This document shows, one piece after another, positions 60,744-64,000 of a stretch of DNA of 64,000 nt. The notes beneath the pieces were generated by a model that did not search any database, was not told the origin of the DNA, and saw nothing but the letters and a program-made list of their open reading frames with translations. Numbering within the stretch: position 1 is the first letter of the stretch; every line of letters begins with the position of its first letter. The stretch lies in the NCBI GenBank assembly GCA_963748015.1, contig CAVVHE010000004.1, positions 1,376,001-1,440,000 on the forward strand, written 5' to 3'. Position numbers and translations under genes: made by a program. The stretch comes from Terriglobia bacterium. Lineage in GTDB: Bacteria > Acidobacteriota > Polarisedimenticolia > Polarisedimenticolales > JAIQFR01.

Positions 60744-62687
60744 ATGAGAACGCAAGTGAAAAACAGGGTGATCGTGGTCGCGATGGTGGCGATCGTCGTG
60801 ATGGCGCTGGCCACCGCGTCGTACGCGGCGCCTCGCCGCGCGATCGTGGCCCCGGACCTCGATTCCCGCCGCGGCGGAGAAGTCCGCGTCATCGTCACGT
60901 ACGGCGCGAAAGTCCAGGACTCGGAACTCCCCGCCCTGCTGGGACGCAGCGCGCGGCTCGAGAGGAAGCTCGCGGGGATCCACGCCGTTTCCGGCGTCAT
61001 GGCGTCCCGCGACATCGATCGTCTCGCCGGCGATCCGCGGGTCCTCGCGATCTCGCCCGACCGACGCGTGCGGAGCACGATGGATGTCGCCGTGCCCACG
61101 GTCGGCGCCGACCGGATCGCCGACTTCTTCGGCTACACCGGCAGCGGCGTGACGGTCGCGCTGGTGGATTCGGGAATCGCCCCCTCGACGGCCATCGATT
61201 CCTCCCGGATCCTCTTCACGAAGAACTTCACCTCGGATCGGTCGGCCGGAGCGGACAGGTTCGGGCACGGAACGCACATCGCGGGCACGATCGGAGGCTC
61301 CGGAGCGAGCGGGTCGGTCCGCGGCATCGCTCCGGGCGTCAACTTCGTATCGCTCCGGGTTCTCGACCGCGACGGCAACGGCTACACGAGCGACGTGATC
61401 GAGGCGATCGACTGGGCGATCGCCCACCGGGCGTTCTACGGCATCCGCGTGCTGAACCTCTCTCTCGGCCACGCGCCGATGGAGAGCTACCGCACGGACC
61501 CGCTCGCGCGCGCGGTCGAGCACGCGTGGAGCCGCGGGATCGTCGTGGTGGTGTCGGCGGGGAACCGCGGGCGCGACGGCTACATGACCATCAACTCGCC
61601 GGGGAACGATCCGTACGTGCTGACGGTCGGAGCTATGAACGACCTGAACACGCCGGCCCGGATGGACGATGTTGCGACGACCTACACCGGCCGTGGGCCG
61701 TCCTACGGCGATCACGTCGTGAAGCCCGACCTGGTGGCTCCCGGAAATCGAGTCGTCTCGACCCTCGCGCCGAACGCCACGATCGCGCGCCTGTACCCCG
61801 ATCGCGTGATCGGCGGCGACCGCATCGAGCTGTCCGGCACGAGCATGGCCGCCGGCGTGACCTCCGGCGCCATCGCTATTCTCCTCCAGCGCAACCCCTT
61901 CCTGAGCCCCGACCAGGTGAAGACGATCCTCATGGGCTCCGCCGAGAAGCGCGCGGGCGCGGACGTGTTCGCCGTTGGAGCCGGCTACCTGAGCCTGATT
62001 CGCGCGGCCGCCATGACCGGCCGGTTCCGCCCGCTCGTTTTCAACAGCGCGAGCCCCGTTGTCGAGCGGCAAGGGAGCGACGGATTCCGTCTCGAGCAGC
62101 CGCCCACGATCGTTCGGGCCTCGCAGGCGCTGTGGGGCGACCAGGCGCTGTGGGGCGATCAGGCCCTTTGGGGCGACCAGGCGCTGTGGGGCGATCAGGC
62201 GCTTTGGGGCGACCAGGCGCTGTGGGGCGACCAGGCGCTGTGGGGCGACCAGGCGCTGTGGGGCGATCAGGCGCTTTGGGGCGACCAGGCGCTGTGGGGC
62301 GACCAGGCGCTGTGGGGCGACCAGGCGCTGTGGGGCGACCAGGCGCTGTGGGGCGACCAGGCGCTGTGGGGCGACCAGGCGCTGTGGGGCGACCAGGCGC
62401 TGTGGGGCGACCAGGCGCTGTGGGGCGACCAGGCGCTGTGGGGCGACCAGGCGCTGTGGGGCGACCAGGCGCTGTGGGGCGACCAGGCGCTGTGGGGCGA
62501 CCAGGCCCTGTGGGGCGACCAGGCGCTGTGGGGCGATCAGGCCCTGTGGGGCGATCAGGCCCTGTGGGGCGATCAGGCCCTGTGGGGCGACCAGGCCCTG
62601 TGGGGCGATCAGGCCCTGTGGGGCGACCAGGCGCTGTGGGGCGATCAGGCCCTGTGGGGCGACGCCGTGCTCGGCAGCGGCGACTGA
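60744..62687 (+). CDS. Secreted S8 subtilase with C-terminal (QALWGD)30 tail
   Basis: Signal peptide, I9-like prodomain, triad VALVDSG / FGHGTHIAG / SGTSMA, oxyanion SAGN. Confidence 0.93.
   Translation: MRTQVKNRVIVVAMVAIVVMALATASYAAPRRAIVAPDLDSRRGGEVRVIVTYGAKVQDSELPALLGRSARLERKLAGIHAVSGVMASRDIDRLAGDPRVLAISPDRRVRSTMDVAVPTVGADRIADFFGYTGSGVTVALVDSGIAPSTAIDSSRILFTKNFTSDRSAGADRFGHGTHIAGTIGGSGASGSVRGIAPGVNFVSLRVLDRDGNGYTSDVIEAIDWAIAHRAFYGIRVLNLSLGHAPMESYRTDPLARAVEHAWSRGIVVVVSAGNRGRDGYMTINSPGNDPYVLTVGAMNDLNTPARMDDVATTYTGRGPSYGDHVVKPDLVAPGNRVVSTLAPNATIARLYPDRVIGGDRIELSGTSMAAGVTSGAIAILLQRNPFLSPDQVKTILMGSAEKRAGADVFAVGAGYLSLIRAAAMTGRFRPLVFNSASPVVERQGSDGFRLEQPPTIVRASQALWGDQALWGDQALWGDQALWGDQALWGDQALWGDQALWGDQALWGDQALWGDQALWGDQALWGDQALWGDQALWGDQALWGDQALWGDQALWGDQALWGDQALWGDQALWGDQALWGDQALWGDQALWGDQALWGDQALWGDQALWGDQALWGDQALWGDQALWGDQALWGDQALWGDAVLGSGD
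62124..62663 (+). repeat. 30 tandem 18-bp units encoding QALWGD
   Basis: CAGGC(G/C)CT(G/T)TGGGGCGA(C/T) x30 = 540 bp; variation only at third codon positions. Confidence 0.97.
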
Positions 62688-62823
62688 GAATCGGGGACTC
62701 GCGAGGAGGATCTCGCGAGCGAAGATGCTGCTCTAGAAAGGTTCGAGCTCCTGCCACCCTCCCTGGCTCGCTGCGGAGGCCGCGCACGGCGCGGCCTCCG
62801 CATTCTTCCTTCCAGGGCGAGAA

Positions 62824-64000
62824 TCAAATCCGGGGCGTGCCCCGCAGCAGGCCGAGCACGACCCGCTGCGCGTGCTCGGGCTCGAGCTTGCGAGCGAAGA
62901 GGCGCGTCAGCTCGCGGGGTCCGAGCCTTCCGGAACGGACCCTCTCGAAGAGGATCGCGCTCAGCCGCTTTCCGAGCTCGCGGGCGAGCGCCCGGCGAGT
63001 TTCGCGGGGCCCCCGCAACGGGTCGAGCAGCTCGGGAGGGGCACTCGACTTGCCCGAAGCCTCGAATCGCCGGTGGGAAGCGATCCACCGCGCGAGCACC
63101 GCGGCGTCTCCCGCAACATGCGGGGCCCTCGTTTCCCCCGCGACGCCGGCGCCGGGCGAGGATCCTCCCGCGGCGCTGCTCGCGGGGTCCACGAGCCGCG
63201 CTCCGAGGCCGACCAGCGCCTCGTTGAAGGCCGCTCCGTAGGCGCGCGCCACCGGGTCGGCGGGAATTTCGTCCGCGGCCCCGAACAGCCGGCCGGAGAG
63301 CACCGCGCGAAGGAACCTCGCCCCTTCGCCCGCGGCCTGCCCGGGCAGGTACCGCAGGAGGAAGAGCGTGTTCGAACGGGGGTCGTAGAGCGCGCCCTGC
63401 GACGCGAGCAGCGCGCGCGCCTCCTCGACCTCCTCCGTCGAGCGGGCGTGCTCCTCGAGAATCGGCCCGATCAGCTCGGCCGCCTCGGGGCCGCTGTACA
63501 CCTCCGGCAGAGCATCCGCCAGGTCCTCCTCCCAGCCGCCGCCGTGGCGCACCCGCCGCTTCCTCGGATCGATGCCGAGCCATCCCAGCAGGACGCCGAT
63601 GAGGTGATGCACCGCGGGGGTGAGATCCACCTCCTCGTCGGGAGGCACGTCCTCTCGCCAGCGCTCCAGCACCTGCCGGTACGACTCGTACTTCGCGAGG
63701 GGCGTGGTGTGGAACACCGCGAACGTCCCGGCGTCGAAGCGCGCGACGGCGGGGACCCGCACGCCCTCGCTCACGAAGTGCCAGTACGCCGGATCCGGAT
63801 CCTGGTAGACGATCGTCTCGCTTCGCTCGATGCCCTTGCGCGCGAGGCGGGCGCGAACGCGTCCGGGAAGATGCGAGGGGGCGAGATGGGACTCCCCGAA
63901 GAGGACCAATAGCCTGCTCCCCGGATGCTCCGCGACGATCCCCTCGATACGCCGGGCGGCGTGCTCGTCGCGGCGGCGCAGCCCCTCGAAGCCCCGGCGT
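62824..64000 (-). CDS. Hypothetical protein, possibly ChaN-like; 5' end outside the window
   Basis: Frame stays open to the window edge; RRRDEHAA...LVLFGESHL motif. Confidence 0.6.
   Translation of the reverse strand, partial: RRGFEGLRRRDEHAARRIEGIVAEHPGSRLLVLFGESHLAPSHLPGRVRARLARKGIERSETIVYQDPDPAYWHFVSEGVRVPAVARFDAGTFAVFHTTPLAKYESYRQVLERWREDVPPDEEVDLTPAVHHLIGVLLGWLGIDPRKRRVRHGGGWEEDLADALPEVYSGPEAAELIGPILEEHARSTEEVEEARALLASQGALYDPRSNTLFLLRYLPGQAAGEGARFLRAVLSGRLFGAADEIPADPVARAYGAAFNEALVGLGARLVDPASSAAGGSSPGAGVAGETRAPHVAGDAAVLARWIASHRRFEASGKSSAPPELLDPLRGPRETRRALARELGKRLSAILFERVRSGRLGPRELTRLFARKLEPEHAQRVVLGLLRGTPRI

Noticed and set aside
62124..62663. CRISPR array
   Set aside because: Contiguous 18-bp units with no spacers, in frame within a CDS; no cas genes in the window.
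62041..62787. Alternative-frame repeat ORFs (PGRPTA, CGATRR, GRPGAV)
   Set aside because: Shadows of the array: base variation is synonymous only in the QALWGD frame.

Overview
High-GC bacterial chromosomal window, probably from an Acidobacteriota-like genome (inferred from gene content only). Housekeeping blocks: an 11-gene complex I operon (nuoABCDHIJKLMN, no nuoEFG) running into an F0-only ATP synthase block (atpZ/I, B, E, F); pgk-tpiA-secG-tRNA-Leu; mrcB; HU; queE-queC; tRNA-Ala and tRNA-Sec. Accessory blocks: a protease-rich left end (SppA, protealysin plus emfourin, secreted metzincin plus partner, CPBP); a seven-gene partner-switching cluster whose histidine kinase is fused to an MglA-type small GTPase, facing an ECF sigma/anti-sigma pair; a Ser/Thr kinase-TPR/NHL-PEGA/PDZ module; and a c-di-GMP cluster (GGDEF, EAL, membrane HD-GYP). 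Top signals: (1) a secreted subtilase ending in 30 identical QALWGD hexapeptides next to a membrane-sensor HD-GYP gene, a candidate self-processed peptide signal and receptor pair; (2) the MglA-GAF-kinase fusion cluster; (3) an IS110/IS1111-type element inserted exactly at the end of a 272-bp MITE, with its 3' non-coding region carrying visible matches to target and donor. All calls come from motif reading only; no searches were run, and start codons are best estimates.
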